DNA from: Methanocella sp.
Lineage (GTDB): Archaea > Thermoproteota > Bathyarchaeia > Bathyarchaeales > Bathycorpusculaceae
Reading direction: 5' to 3'
Length of the DNA: 64,000 nt
Assembly: GCA_050261115.1 (NCBI GenBank)
Contig: JBLNCY010000008.1
Location: 1-64,000, forward strand
The translations under genes and the position numbers were made by a program. How positions within the stretch are numbered: position 1 is the stretch's first letter; each line of letters begins with the position of its first letter. Below are positions 50,527 through 59,816 of this stretch, piece after piece. Below the pieces are notes generated by a model, which was not told the origin of the DNA, ran no database searches, and saw nothing but the letters and a program-made list of their open reading frames with translations.

Positions 50527-51195
50527 TTATTTGGGGGTTACTTTCCACCTTTTAATTTCTAGGTACCCAAAGCCGTTATCTAACCTTTTCTTTTCAGCGT
50601 CCTCTATGACGATTTTCTGCTTAAAGTTGGGGCCATCGGTGACTACGGTGTGGTATTCTCCGCCTTCCCCGCAGGGATCGACTCCGGGTAGCTTTTGGAT
50701 TTCTTCGTAGAATTGCAGGTCTAATACACGGCCAAGCCAATCTAAACTAAGATCGCGGTTTGTACGTACAACGGTTGCTTTGAAACCTGCTTTGATGTAG
50801 TCTTGATAGATTTGTTTGGTGTCTAGCATCCAAAGCGGCTTTACGGGTGTTAATCCGATTTCTTTGCAGATTCTATCCAGCCAGCCCTCTTCGTGACCCG
50901 CTACCTCATAGATGTCGCCGGTAACTAAGCCTTCGGCGCCTTTTGCTTTGGCGTCTGTAAGGAGCGCTTTGAAGTCTTGCTCGTAGGTTTGGGGGGTGGT
51001 GGCTTTTTTGATTATCGGAACCTGCATGGCTGCTGCTTGGGCGTCGATTATTCCTGTGGGAATCATGTGGAAGTTTGATTTGTCCGGGTTCATCATCATG
51101 GTGAATAGAGAGAGAATTTGGTGGCCTTGCTCTTTGGCAAGGTAATGGGCATAGCAGCTGTCTTTGCCGCCGCTCCACGAAGCTATAACCTTCAT
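50527..51195 (-). CDS. Diphthine-ammonia ligase family PP-loop ATPase (MJ0570/Dph6-like)
   Basis: SWSGGKDS, TGDI, PLW, DPCGEGGEYHT.V.DGP. Confidence 0.88.
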   Translation of the reverse strand: MKVIASWSGGKDSCYAHYLAKEQGHQILSLFTMMMNPDKSNFHMIPTGIIDAQAAAMQVPIIKKATTPQTYEQDFKALLTDAKAKGAEGLVTGDIYEVAGHEEGWLDRICKEIGLTPVKPLWMLDTKQIYQDYIKAGFKATVVRTNRDLSLDWLGRVLDLQFYEEIQKLPGVDPCGEGGEYHTVVTDGPNFKQKIVIEDAEKKRLDNGFGYLEIKRWKVTPK

Positions 51196-51413
51196 TTGTA
51201 TTCCTCGGTTACTTTTTAACAGTTAAACAGTGAATTAAGGTTTTACTTGCCAAACACTCAGACTGAATAGTTTTTGTGGGATTTTTGATGGATACTTAGA
51301 GGGTTTGCTTGATGTTTAGCAAATACACCGCAAACTGTTGGTTGGCTTATCCAACCTTTTAATATAAGGCTTACGGAAAAAAGCAAATACTAAAAAGACT
51401 ATACATCGACATA

Positions 51414-51438
51414 AAAAAAGAAAAGGGGAAAGAAGGGC
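51414..51438 (-). terminator. Pyrimidine-rich terminator after beta-propeller gene
   Basis: Minus strand CCCTTCTTTCCCCTTTTCTTTTTTT just after the 51448 stop. Confidence 0.55.
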
Positions 51439-51447
51439 GTAGGTGGC

Positions 51448-54057
51448 TTATCGTCTTCTTGTCAGCAGGACCGTAGCGGCGCCGACTATGATGACGACGA
51501 TGATGATGGCCAGTACGCTTGGTAAGAAGTACTGCTCAGTCATGCTTCCAGTGGCGGACGGTGTTGGGGTTGCGGTTGCTTGTGGTTCTTCATTAACCGT
51601 AAATGAAGTTGCTGCCTGTGAGGGCCAATAAGATTCGCTTCCATCGAATGAGGCATAGACGTAGTAGTCGCCGGGAATGTCAGGTGTCCATGTAAAGGTG
51701 AAGAAGCCATCAACGCTGCTTGTGGTGGTGCCGATGCTGCGGAAGTTGCCGTTAGCGTCTATAACGTTTAGTGTGACAGGAACGCCGGTGGCGTTGGTTG
51801 GTTTTGGCTGCTGCATGTAAACATACGCCATCCAGTCAGCCTGGCTCTCATCAGAAACACACCCCACTCCATTGGGGAATCTTGCGCTACGATCAGCATC
51901 TCTTGTGCCGGAGGATATGTCGGTTATGGTTCCGCTGATAACTAGGGGTCTGCCGAATTCAAGACTGGTTTTTGGTGCATCAACCGTCAGTTTTGTGGGG
52001 CCTTTGCCGTAGGTATAGATTTGGCAGTCATAGCTGTTCCACGCAACTAGGTATCCATCTGCGATTGCGCTTGGTTCGCGGCCATAAAAGCCCAATGAGC
52101 TCCAGACCAGTGAGCCGTCGGTGCAGTTCAATGCGATCTTGTGTGCGTCGGAGAATAGTGGCGGGTCATACATACGGCTTTCTGAGAGGAATAGTTTGCC
52201 GTCTGCGATGCTGTGTGAGCCGAAGTGCCAGAATGGGTAGATGCCGTAGGGTGTGTTGTAGCCTGCGGGACGAGGTTCATAGGTCCAGTTAAGTGTTCCA
52301 GTCTTTAATGTGATGGCGTTAACATATCCGCCGAAGTCCCAGATATAGCAGTTACCGTATGCGATAGCCCCGCCTCTCGAAAGAGTACTAAGGGCGCTGC
52401 CTTTGAGCTGAATTGGTGAGCCGATTTGAGCTCCGGTATACAGGTTGTATACATATGCGATATTGGTGTCTTTGTCATGTTCGACATAGTATCCGTCGCC
52501 TGCTGCAATCACACTAACCTCGTGGTACCTTGGAACGGTTCTGTTCACGGCTCCCCAGAGAAGTTCTCCAGTTTTTGCATCCATACCTAGCTCGATTTCT
52601 GAGTCTTCGCCGAATTCAGCTGCAAACGTATCCAGCGACTCGCCATATGCGCGTAGCAGAATCACTTCGTTGGTTCTTGCAGCGATGCTTAAGGGGGGAT
52701 TCTTTAGAGTGTTTCGTACGTCGGTGATGTTTACTCCGTTGATGGTTGATGGGATGGGTACGGACCATTGGTAGCCTCGCGTGTAGTTGATGTTGCCTGA
52801 GGGACGAATGACGGAACTGCCGGTGGGTCCCTGAAGACATAGAGTGGAATTCCACATGGTAAGGGTTAGGTTGGGGTAGGTGCCGTTGATACTGTGGATG
52901 TAAACTGCTCCCTGAGTATTATCGTCGTCTGTTTCAACTAAGCCAGCTGCGGTAGTTGCTGGGACGTTAGTGATATTTGCGATAAAATGTCCCGTCATGG
53001 GATCAAAAAGCTGCCAAGTGTAGCCTGATGGCTGCGGAATACCGAACAATGCGGGGCTGTTTGCGCTTCCAACTAGGAAGGCCTGTGTTCCGTATTCTTG
53101 AACGGTATGGAACTGCATGACAAAGCCGAAGTCGAGTGTGTCCTTTGTGTCTTTGGTCCATAGGGTCTCGCCTGTGCGCAAATCAACTGCTGCCCAGCCA
53201 GGGGTCTCAGCGCTGGTTTCAGTTGTTGGCACGTTGGGGTACAGCTTGTAGAAAATGATACCATTGAGTATGACTGGCTCAAATTGCCGGTACAGAATCG
53301 AGGTTGAGGTGTATTGGCTTTCTTGGTCTGCACTTACGGGTAACCCGACTTGGCCGCCGAACGCGGTTGGTTTAACCCAGACGATGTGTGCTGAGTTTGG
53401 TGCGAGGCTGTAGGGGTTAAAGTTGTTGCCTGACGCGTCGTATCCGCCCGTGTCGGTGAAAGAGGGTTTGCCTAAGCCCCACCAGTTGCCGCCGAGTTTT
53501 GCCCATTCATAGTTGGTTGCATAGATTGGCCTTGACCAGTACTCGGTTGGAAGTGGAACTATGGGTTTGCCGGAAATAGGTTCCTCTTGGACTGTGAAGG
53601 TTACGGGATCGCTTAGGGTTGCAAGTATGTTGTAGGTGAGGGTACGGCCGCCGACTGTGCCGTTGATTGTTTGGCCGTCATAGAATGCTTGCACAGTATA
53701 GTTTCCAGTTTGGTCGGGGGTGAATTCTATGCCGCCGACTCCTCCGGTTGTGTCGCTTACGTAGGGTCCAAGGGTGCTGTTGCTGCCGCCTGGTGGCACA
53801 ATGTTTAGTCTGAGTCCTGTGTATAGACTGGCTCCGCCTGATGCGCCTACGACGGGGATGGGTTTTGTGAAGAAGAGGCTGATGTATACGGTTTGTCCGA
53901 CGCCTACTGGGCTGGGTTCAGCATGGACCTTTAGGTATACGGGTATGTCTTGTGCTGTTTGAGCATCTACGGGTATCATGGCTGCTGTTGAGAGGACTAG
54001 AAGTGCTGCTGTCACGAGGGCTATTAGCGGTTTTGAGTTGTTTTTCTTAAAATTCAA
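51448..54057 (-). CDS. Large secreted PQQ-like beta-propeller/Ig surface protein, membrane-anchored
   Basis: Signal peptide, PLPTEYWSRPI, DLRTGETLW, IADGKL, CVSDESQ, TPTP linker, C-terminal TM + RRR. Confidence 0.85.
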   Translation of the reverse strand: MNFKKNNSKPLIALVTAALLVLSTAAMIPVDAQTAQDIPVYLKVHAEPSPVGVGQTVYISLFFTKPIPVVGASGGASLYTGLRLNIVPPGGSNSTLGPYVSDTTGGVGGIEFTPDQTGNYTVQAFYDGQTINGTVGGRTLTYNILATLSDPVTFTVQEEPISGKPIVPLPTEYWSRPIYATNYEWAKLGGNWWGLGKPSFTDTGGYDASGNNFNPYSLAPNSAHIVWVKPTAFGGQVGLPVSADQESQYTSTSILYRQFEPVILNGIIFYKLYPNVPTTETSAETPGWAAVDLRTGETLWTKDTKDTLDFGFVMQFHTVQEYGTQAFLVGSANSPALFGIPQPSGYTWQLFDPMTGHFIANITNVPATTAAGLVETDDDNTQGAVYIHSINGTYPNLTLTMWNSTLCLQGPTGSSVIRPSGNINYTRGYQWSVPIPSTINGVNITDVRNTLKNPPLSIAARTNEVILLRAYGESLDTFAAEFGEDSEIELGMDAKTGELLWGAVNRTVPRYHEVSVIAAGDGYYVEHDKDTNIAYVYNLYTGAQIGSPIQLKGSALSTLSRGGAIAYGNCYIWDFGGYVNAITLKTGTLNWTYEPRPAGYNTPYGIYPFWHFGSHSIADGKLFLSESRMYDPPLFSDAHKIALNCTDGSLVWSSLGFYGREPSAIADGYLVAWNSYDCQIYTYGKGPTKLTVDAPKTSLEFGRPLVISGTITDISSGTRDADRSARFPNGVGCVSDESQADWMAYVYMQQPKPTNATGVPVTLNVIDANGNFRSIGTTTSSVDGFFTFTWTPDIPGDYYVYASFDGSESYWPSQAATSFTVNEEPQATATPTPSATGSMTEQYFLPSVLAIIIVVIIVGAATVLLTRRR

Positions 54058-54073
54058 TTTTTATCATCTTTCC

Positions 54074-54138
54074 TAGGCAAGAAAGCCCTCAGAAGTTGAA
54101 TTATTTAAAAAAACTTTGCTTTGGGCTTGCTTGCCCTA
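54074..54138 (-). promoter_or_regulatory. 5'-leader stem-loop of beta-propeller gene
   Basis: Minus strand GGGCAAGCAAGCCC...GGGCTTTCTTGCCT, starting 24 nt after TTATAAA. Confidence 0.6.
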
Positions 54139-54268
54139 CAATTTATTATGCGTTTTGGTGTTTATAATTGTTGTGAAGATAGCTGCGGGATACACCAAAA
54201 TGTAAAGTATTACAACCCATTTGCTTAATTAAATGTCAGTTCCTCATTTTTTGGATTAGGGGAGCGGT

Positions 54269-54322
54269 CTGCTGCTCTGCCACCTACCCCCCCTATATAT
54301 AGAACCAACCACGGGTTCAACC
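54269..54322 (+). repeat. Dispersed ~55-bp intergenic element, copy 4
   Basis: CTGCTGCTCTGCCACCTACCCCCCCTATATATAGAACCAACCACGGGTTCAACC. Confidence 0.8.
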
Positions 54323-54485
54323 CTAGCTTGGATGCAAATCAGCAAAGATATGCCCTTATCTAACAGAAAACAGCTCAGTCAGCCTGTAACCCAAAAATTT
54401 TCCAAAACAGCTAAAACTTCATAAGTGAAAACAACGACGGTTAAGCTATACCCAACATTATCCACCAGCATAGCGCGTGCAAACC

Positions 54486-55892
54486 ATGACCACAAACAGG
54501 AAAATAGCCCTCGTAAACCCCCCTCTCCCAGTCGACATCGGCCACCACCCACAGTTCCCGCCGCTAGGCCTCGCCTACATGGCCTCTGTGCTGGACCAAA
54601 ACGGTTTCGAAGTCAAAATCATCGATTGCCCCGTTAACGGCATCAGCCACGACAAGCTCAAAGACGAGCTCCAAGCTTTCCAACCGACGCTAATCGGCAC
54701 AGGCTCCATGACACCAACCATTGAATCCGCCTTCAGGGTTTGCCAGGTTGCCAAGGAAGTCTGCCCCCAAGCCACTGTTGTCATGGGTGGCCCGCATGCC
54801 ACTTTCTGTGACAAGGAAGTCTTGTTTAATGAAAAATCTGTGGACATAATCGTGAGAGGCGAGGGCGAAGAGACCCTGCTTGAGTTGGCAAAGCAACCCG
54901 AAACAGACCAGAAACTCCAAGAAATCAAAGGCATAACCTTTCGGCACAACGGCGAAATCATCCAGACCGCAAACCGGCCCTTCATACAAGACCTCGACGC
55001 CCTGCCGCTCCCGGGCTACAAGTTCCTAAACCTCGAAAGATACTTCGTAGCCAAACGAAAACTCCTACCCGTCATCACCAGCCGAGGATGCCCCTATGCC
55101 TGCAGCTTCTGTGTCGCATCCCAGATGTTTGGCCAAAAATTCCGAGCCCGCAGCCCCAAAAACGTGTTAATGGAACTAGAGTGGCTCCAAAACGAATACG
55201 GTGCTGAAGGAATCGCCTTCCAAGATGACACATTCACTTTTGACCGCAAGCGCGTCACGGAAATCTGTAACGGCATGATAGAGCGCAAACTAAAGCTGCA
55301 CTGGGGATGCGGAACCCGCGCTGACGTCGTTAACAAAGAAACCCTTGAAGTCATGGCTAAGGCGCATTGTGACGAAACCATGTTTGGCGTCGAAGCCGGC
55401 TGCCCTAGCATGCGTGCTATTCTAAAAAAAGGTGTCACCAACGAGCAGATAGAGAACGCTGTCAGGTGGGCTAAAGAAGTAGGTATGTTTGTGACGGTTT
55501 CAGTAATCATGGGGTACCCAGGCGAAACCCGAGAGACACTAAATGAGACGTTGGATTTTGCGGCTAAACTTAAGCCTGACGATGTTTGGCTCTGCCACGC
55601 CACACCCTACCCCGGAACGCATCTACGAGAAATCGTAATCAAAAACGGCTGGCCAATGTCACAGGACTGGAAAACATACAACACCATGAACCCCATCTTT
55701 GAAGACCCCAACTTGCCCGCCAAAGACATCGCTGAAATGCGCCGCCGATTCTATAACAAATTTTACAGCCCCGCCTATATCATGCGCCAAGCCAGCAAAG
55801 GATACCTCAAAGGGAACCTTTATAGCAAAATCATGACCCGCACCGCCATAAACTATAATCTCTGGCGAGTTATGTCGGCATTCCACCGCTAA
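54486..55892 (+). CDS. Cobalamin-binding radical SAM protein #5
   Basis: LVNPP..PPLGLAYMASVL, GGPHAT, VRGEGE, TSRGCPYACSFC, GVEAG, PYPGT. Confidence 0.9.
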   Translation: MTTNRKIALVNPPLPVDIGHHPQFPPLGLAYMASVLDQNGFEVKIIDCPVNGISHDKLKDELQAFQPTLIGTGSMTPTIESAFRVCQVAKEVCPQATVVMGGPHATFCDKEVLFNEKSVDIIVRGEGEETLLELAKQPETDQKLQEIKGITFRHNGEIIQTANRPFIQDLDALPLPGYKFLNLERYFVAKRKLLPVITSRGCPYACSFCVASQMFGQKFRARSPKNVLMELEWLQNEYGAEGIAFQDDTFTFDRKRVTEICNGMIERKLKLHWGCGTRADVVNKETLEVMAKAHCDETMFGVEAGCPSMRAILKKGVTNEQIENAVRWAKEVGMFVTVSVIMGYPGETRETLNETLDFAAKLKPDDVWLCHATPYPGTHLREIVIKNGWPMSQDWKTYNTMNPIFEDPNLPAKDIAEMRRRFYNKFYSPAYIMRQASKGYLKGNLYSKIMTRTAINYNLWRVMSAFHR

Positions 55893-55991
55893 ACAGCGGC
55901 TTACCCAATTTTCTGCAGAGTTGCCTCTAACCAGTAAACTTTATTACATTACCAACCCGTTTTAACGTACAATCAAAGGGGAAAATGTTCG

Positions 55992-57293
55992 ATGACAAAG
56001 ACCTCTGCAACTGACCAACAGTCAGAAGTTTACGAAGCACGGGAAAACTGGCCCCCGTACACTTACCGTGATTACCCAGACATCAAAGCTGAAACCTATG
56101 AATCCTTCATGCAATTCTTAAACACCGAAAACACTTCGGGTCGCCTTATGGAGTTGCAGCCTTGGGTTTCAGTCTGTGACAGTCGATGCGCATTCTGCTA
56201 TTTCCCAACCACCGCGTCAAGCAAAGTCCAGATTGGACCATACCTCGAGTTACTCAAAAAAGAACTCGGCATGTACGCTAAAACCAAATATGTGAAAACA
56301 AGCACCTTTGACGAGATCGTTTTAGGTGGAGGAACCCCAAGTGTTTTAGGCGCTGAACAAATTATCGACTTGATCGATTACTGTAAAGCTAACTTTAACA
56401 CCAGCAAAGAATACTTTATCAAAATCACTGGATCCTCCAAAACCCTTGCATTACCAAAAATAAAAAAGCTTGCTGAATACGGTGTCTACCAGATGGATAT
56501 GGGCGCCCAAACCTTTGACGACAACCTACGCAAGGCGCTTTGCTTACCAGACAGCGCCAAAGACGTCGAGGAAGCCATACGATACGCCCGCAAACTCGGC
56601 TTAGTCGTCTGCGCAGACATAATGTACAACCTGCCAGGCCAAACCATGGAAAGCTGGGAAGCCACACTTAAAAAAGCAATAGAACTCGACGCAGAAGTAG
56701 ACTGCTACAGTCTTCACGTCGACCCCGGTACCATCCTTGAAAAAATGATAAAAAATGGGCAGTCACCCCCACAGGGCGATGCAGAATACGAGAAACAGAT
56801 GTTCCTCAAAGCCCACGAGATACTCACTAAAGCAGGCTACAAAGCCGTCGGACACGACCGCTACAGCCGCGTAGAGTGGCACATGCGCGAGAACTGCCTC
56901 AACGGTTGGCCATGGGGCGGCATTCTAACCACTGGCGCTGGCTGCTTTATGGGTTACCTTCAGAGGTTTAGCTACTCAAACATAGAAGACATCAATGCTT
57001 ACATGGAAACCGTAAAGTCAGGTAAGCTACCCATCTCTAGGCTGTCGGAGTCCACGATGGATGACATGATGCGTCGCACAATGTCAAGACTCTACCTCAG
57101 ATTGCCCGTCAGCAAAAAAGAGTTCAAGGAGAAATTCAACACAACCCCCGAAGCGGCTTTCCCCAAACAGATCGAGAAACTCAAAGCAGAAGGATTGCTG
57201 GAAACTGACGAAAACGAGGTTCGCTTGACTAAGAAGGGCGAGCTTTGGAAAGGTAACATTGCCTGGGAATTTGCGCCCCAAGCAAAAACCTAA
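55992..57293 (+). CDS. HemN/HemW-like (class C-type) radical SAM protein
   Basis: CDSRCAFCYF, GGGTPS, MGAQTFDD, DIMYNLPGQT, GAGC, RLTKKG C-terminus. Confidence 0.85.
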   Translation: MTKTSATDQQSEVYEARENWPPYTYRDYPDIKAETYESFMQFLNTENTSGRLMELQPWVSVCDSRCAFCYFPTTASSKVQIGPYLELLKKELGMYAKTKYVKTSTFDEIVLGGGTPSVLGAEQIIDLIDYCKANFNTSKEYFIKITGSSKTLALPKIKKLAEYGVYQMDMGAQTFDDNLRKALCLPDSAKDVEEAIRYARKLGLVVCADIMYNLPGQTMESWEATLKKAIELDAEVDCYSLHVDPGTILEKMIKNGQSPPQGDAEYEKQMFLKAHEILTKAGYKAVGHDRYSRVEWHMRENCLNGWPWGGILTTGAGCFMGYLQRFSYSNIEDINAYMETVKSGKLPISRLSESTMDDMMRRTMSRLYLRLPVSKKEFKEKFNTTPEAAFPKQIEKLKAEGLLETDENEVRLTKKGELWKGNIAWEFAPQAKT

Positions 57294-57331
57294 ATTTTCT
57301 TTAACTTAACTTTTAACGCAAGGTAAAATCT

Positions 57332-57814
57332 ATGAAAAACCAGACCCCACCCCTACTAACCTACCTAGAAAGCAAAGGCATAACACTTCAAAGCCTAATT
57401 GACTGCGCCCTAGAAATGTACGTCCCACATCCAGGCATAGAGACCCCTGAAAAAGCCACCGAACTACTCAAAGAAGAGTTCCTCGACGTTCTCTCAGACG
57501 TTAACATATCCATCCTTGAATGGGCCGCGTTCCATGCGCAGGAAGACGCCGAAAAAGGCTTAATCCCCGGCTTAACCCAGGAACGCTTCCGCGGAAGACC
57601 CGGACCCATCTCAGATGAAATCCTGGGCATAGCAATCGCTGAATACATCGGTGGCACCCGCGGGGTCTTCGAATACGTTCGGTTCGACCAAGCGAAACCC
57701 GGCATCCTAAAGAGCCTCGGCTCAATCACAAATGACGCCATCGGCGCCCTTGTTGCAGGTGTATCCTCGAACGTTTACACCAGAGCCATAAAAGCAGCAG
57801 GAACAACCTGCTAA
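57332..57814 (+). CDS. cobZ: Alpha-ribazole phosphatase CobZ (PgpA-like archaeal type)
   Basis: LSDVNI, DEILG.AIAEYIGG..G.FEYVRFD..KPGIL, DAIGALVAG. Confidence 0.8.
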   Translation: MKNQTPPLLTYLESKGITLQSLIDCALEMYVPHPGIETPEKATELLKEEFLDVLSDVNISILEWAAFHAQEDAEKGLIPGLTQERFRGRPGPISDEILGIAIAEYIGGTRGVFEYVRFDQAKPGILKSLGSITNDAIGALVAGVSSNVYTRAIKAAGTTC

Positions 57815-57863
57815 GCCTTTTTCCGTAAATTTTAATACCGTGCTGGCTGACGTTTAGTCGTCG

Positions 57864-59030
57864 TTGGCGGCCATGGATAGAACTTCACTCTGCATTGTAA
57901 CCCACACATTTCTGCCTCATGTCGGCGGCATAGAAAAGGTCGTTAACGAGCAAAGCAAACGGTTGGTGCATCATGGCTATACGCCGATGGTTGTGACTAA
58001 CCAGATTGGGACGCCTCGAAGGTACAGTGTGGATGGGGTGCCGGTGGATTGTTACCGATCTTTTAACATGGGTTTCCGTTTAGGGATTCCGTACTCGATT
58101 CCGACAGTGGACAGCTATGCAACTTTCACCAAAGCCGTCAAACAGCATAGACTCGTTCATGCCCATGGCCACCCCTACCTCACCTCGCTGCTTGCGGGGA
58201 AACTTGCCAAGTTCTACGGCAAACCCTTCATACTCACCCAACACAACACCTACATCGAATACAACAACATCTTCAACCATATAGAAACACTAAACGATTT
58301 AGCCATAGGCAAACAAAACCTAAACTTAGCCGACAAAATCATAGTCATAAGCAGCGCCACCAAAGAATACGTGCTCAGGTTAGGGGCAAAACCCCGCAAA
58401 GTCACCGTAATCTACAACGGCGTTGACGTCTCAAGGTTCCGAATAATCCCCGGAAAACGCGAAGAAATGCGTAGAAAACTCGGCATCGCCCAAGATGCAG
58501 TTGTGGTTTTGACTGTCCGCAGACTCGTCTACAAAAACGGCGTTGACACATTGCTGGATTGCGCTAATCTTGTGGTTAAAAAGAACCCTAAAATCGTGTT
58601 TGTCACGGTGGGGAAAGGCCCCGACATGGAAAGCGTCCGGCAGCGGGCTATGCAGTATGGGATTGCTTCGAACTTTAGGCTTGCGGGGTTTGTAAGCGAC
58701 GCCGATTTACCCTCTTATTATAATATGGCGGATGTGTTTGTGTTGCCATCTAAGTCGGGTGAGGGGTTGCCGCTTGTTGCTATGGAGGCTATGGCTTGCG
58801 GGTTACCCGTAGTGGCAACTGATGTGGGTGGTATTAAGGAAGTGTTGCCCAGAAAGTTTGGTAAGCTTGTGCCGCCTAACCAGCCCGAGCTGCTTGCTGA
58901 TGCGGTTTTGGAGTTTGCCTCGCTGGATTTTGCTGCGCGCAGGGCGGATCTTCATGCAGCCGTAAAAACTCAGTTCAGCTGGGACGTTAACGTTAACAGG
59001 CTCAGGGAATTATACGAAGAGCTTATTTAA
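57864..59030 (+). CDS. Glycosyltransferase family 4
   Basis: FLPHVGGIE, HAHG, IYNGVD, GEGLPLVAMEAMACGLPVVATDVGG. Confidence 0.92.
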   Translation: MAAMDRTSLCIVTHTFLPHVGGIEKVVNEQSKRLVHHGYTPMVVTNQIGTPRRYSVDGVPVDCYRSFNMGFRLGIPYSIPTVDSYATFTKAVKQHRLVHAHGHPYLTSLLAGKLAKFYGKPFILTQHNTYIEYNNIFNHIETLNDLAIGKQNLNLADKIIVISSATKEYVLRLGAKPRKVTVIYNGVDVSRFRIIPGKREEMRRKLGIAQDAVVVLTVRRLVYKNGVDTLLDCANLVVKKNPKIVFVTVGKGPDMESVRQRAMQYGIASNFRLAGFVSDADLPSYYNMADVFVLPSKSGEGLPLVAMEAMACGLPVVATDVGGIKEVLPRKFGKLVPPNQPELLADAVLEFASLDFAARRADLHAAVKTQFSWDVNVNRLRELYEELI

Positions 59031-59078
59031 CATCGTGACGGAAACATTATAACCCCTTGATGCGGAAGTAAGCTGCTG

Positions 59079-59816
59079 ATGACTTCAAAAGTCGAATTGG
59101 TCTCAATTGTCATTCCGACGCTCAACGAGGCAGGTACCATACGTTATGCGATTGAAACGATCGATAAGTATGTGACTTATCCAAAAGAAATTATCATCGT
59201 AGACGGTAGCTCAACTGATGGCACTATAGAGATTGTTAAAGATACAAAAAAATGTAAACTCATAATTGAACCCAGACGGGGCTACGGCTTAGCCTTAAGA
59301 ACCGGCATGAAAGCAGCCAATGGCAACGTCCTAATCATGGTGGACGCCGACGGAACCTACGAATTCAAGCACATCGACCGCCTCGTAACCCGACTGCTAG
59401 AAAAAGACGCCGATATGGTCTTAGCTACCCGCATGTATGACCCCAACAAAGCCATGGGTTTTCTGAACTTTTTGGGGAATAAAGTCATCACGTTCACCTT
59501 TGACTTCTTCTACAGCCAATTCCTAAGCGACACCCAATCCGGCTTCCGCGCGATTTCACGCGAAAAGTATGATAGTGTAGAGTTTAGGGAAACTGATATG
59601 CCCTTTGCAACTGAGATGCTTATTCGATTCGCAAGAGAGGGCTACAACATGGTGGAGATTCCCACCACCTATAAGCCTCGAACGTATGGCCAAACTAAGC
59701 TTAGACCGTTCCAGTCGGGGATTAGGATTTTTAGCACTATATTTAGGGGGTTTTTGGATGCAAAGACGTTTAGGGTCTGTTATGCGCATTGGAAGAAAAA
59801 TCGGTTTAAGCGATGA
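59079..59816 (+). CDS. Glycosyltransferase family 2 (polyprenol-phosphate glycosyltransferase-like)
   Basis: IPTLNE, VDGSSTDGT, GYG.A, VDADGTY, DTQSGFRA. Confidence 0.9.
   Translation: MTSKVELVSIVIPTLNEAGTIRYAIETIDKYVTYPKEIIIVDGSSTDGTIEIVKDTKKCKLIIEPRRGYGLALRTGMKAANGNVLIMVDADGTYEFKHIDRLVTRLLEKDADMVLATRMYDPNKAMGFLNFLGNKVITFTFDFFYSQFLSDTQSGFRAISREKYDSVEFRETDMPFATEMLIRFAREGYNMVEIPTTYKPRTYGQTKLRPFQSGIRIFSTIFRGFLDAKTFRVCYAHWKKNRFKR

Noticed and set aside
51196-51447. Cobalamin riboswitch upstream of the cob operon
   Set aside because: No B12-box or GGGAA/GCCACTG-type consensus found by eye.
59605-59781. N-terminal extension of the DUF1616-like ORF
   Set aside because: Overlaps the GT2 coding region; a later start is more plausible.
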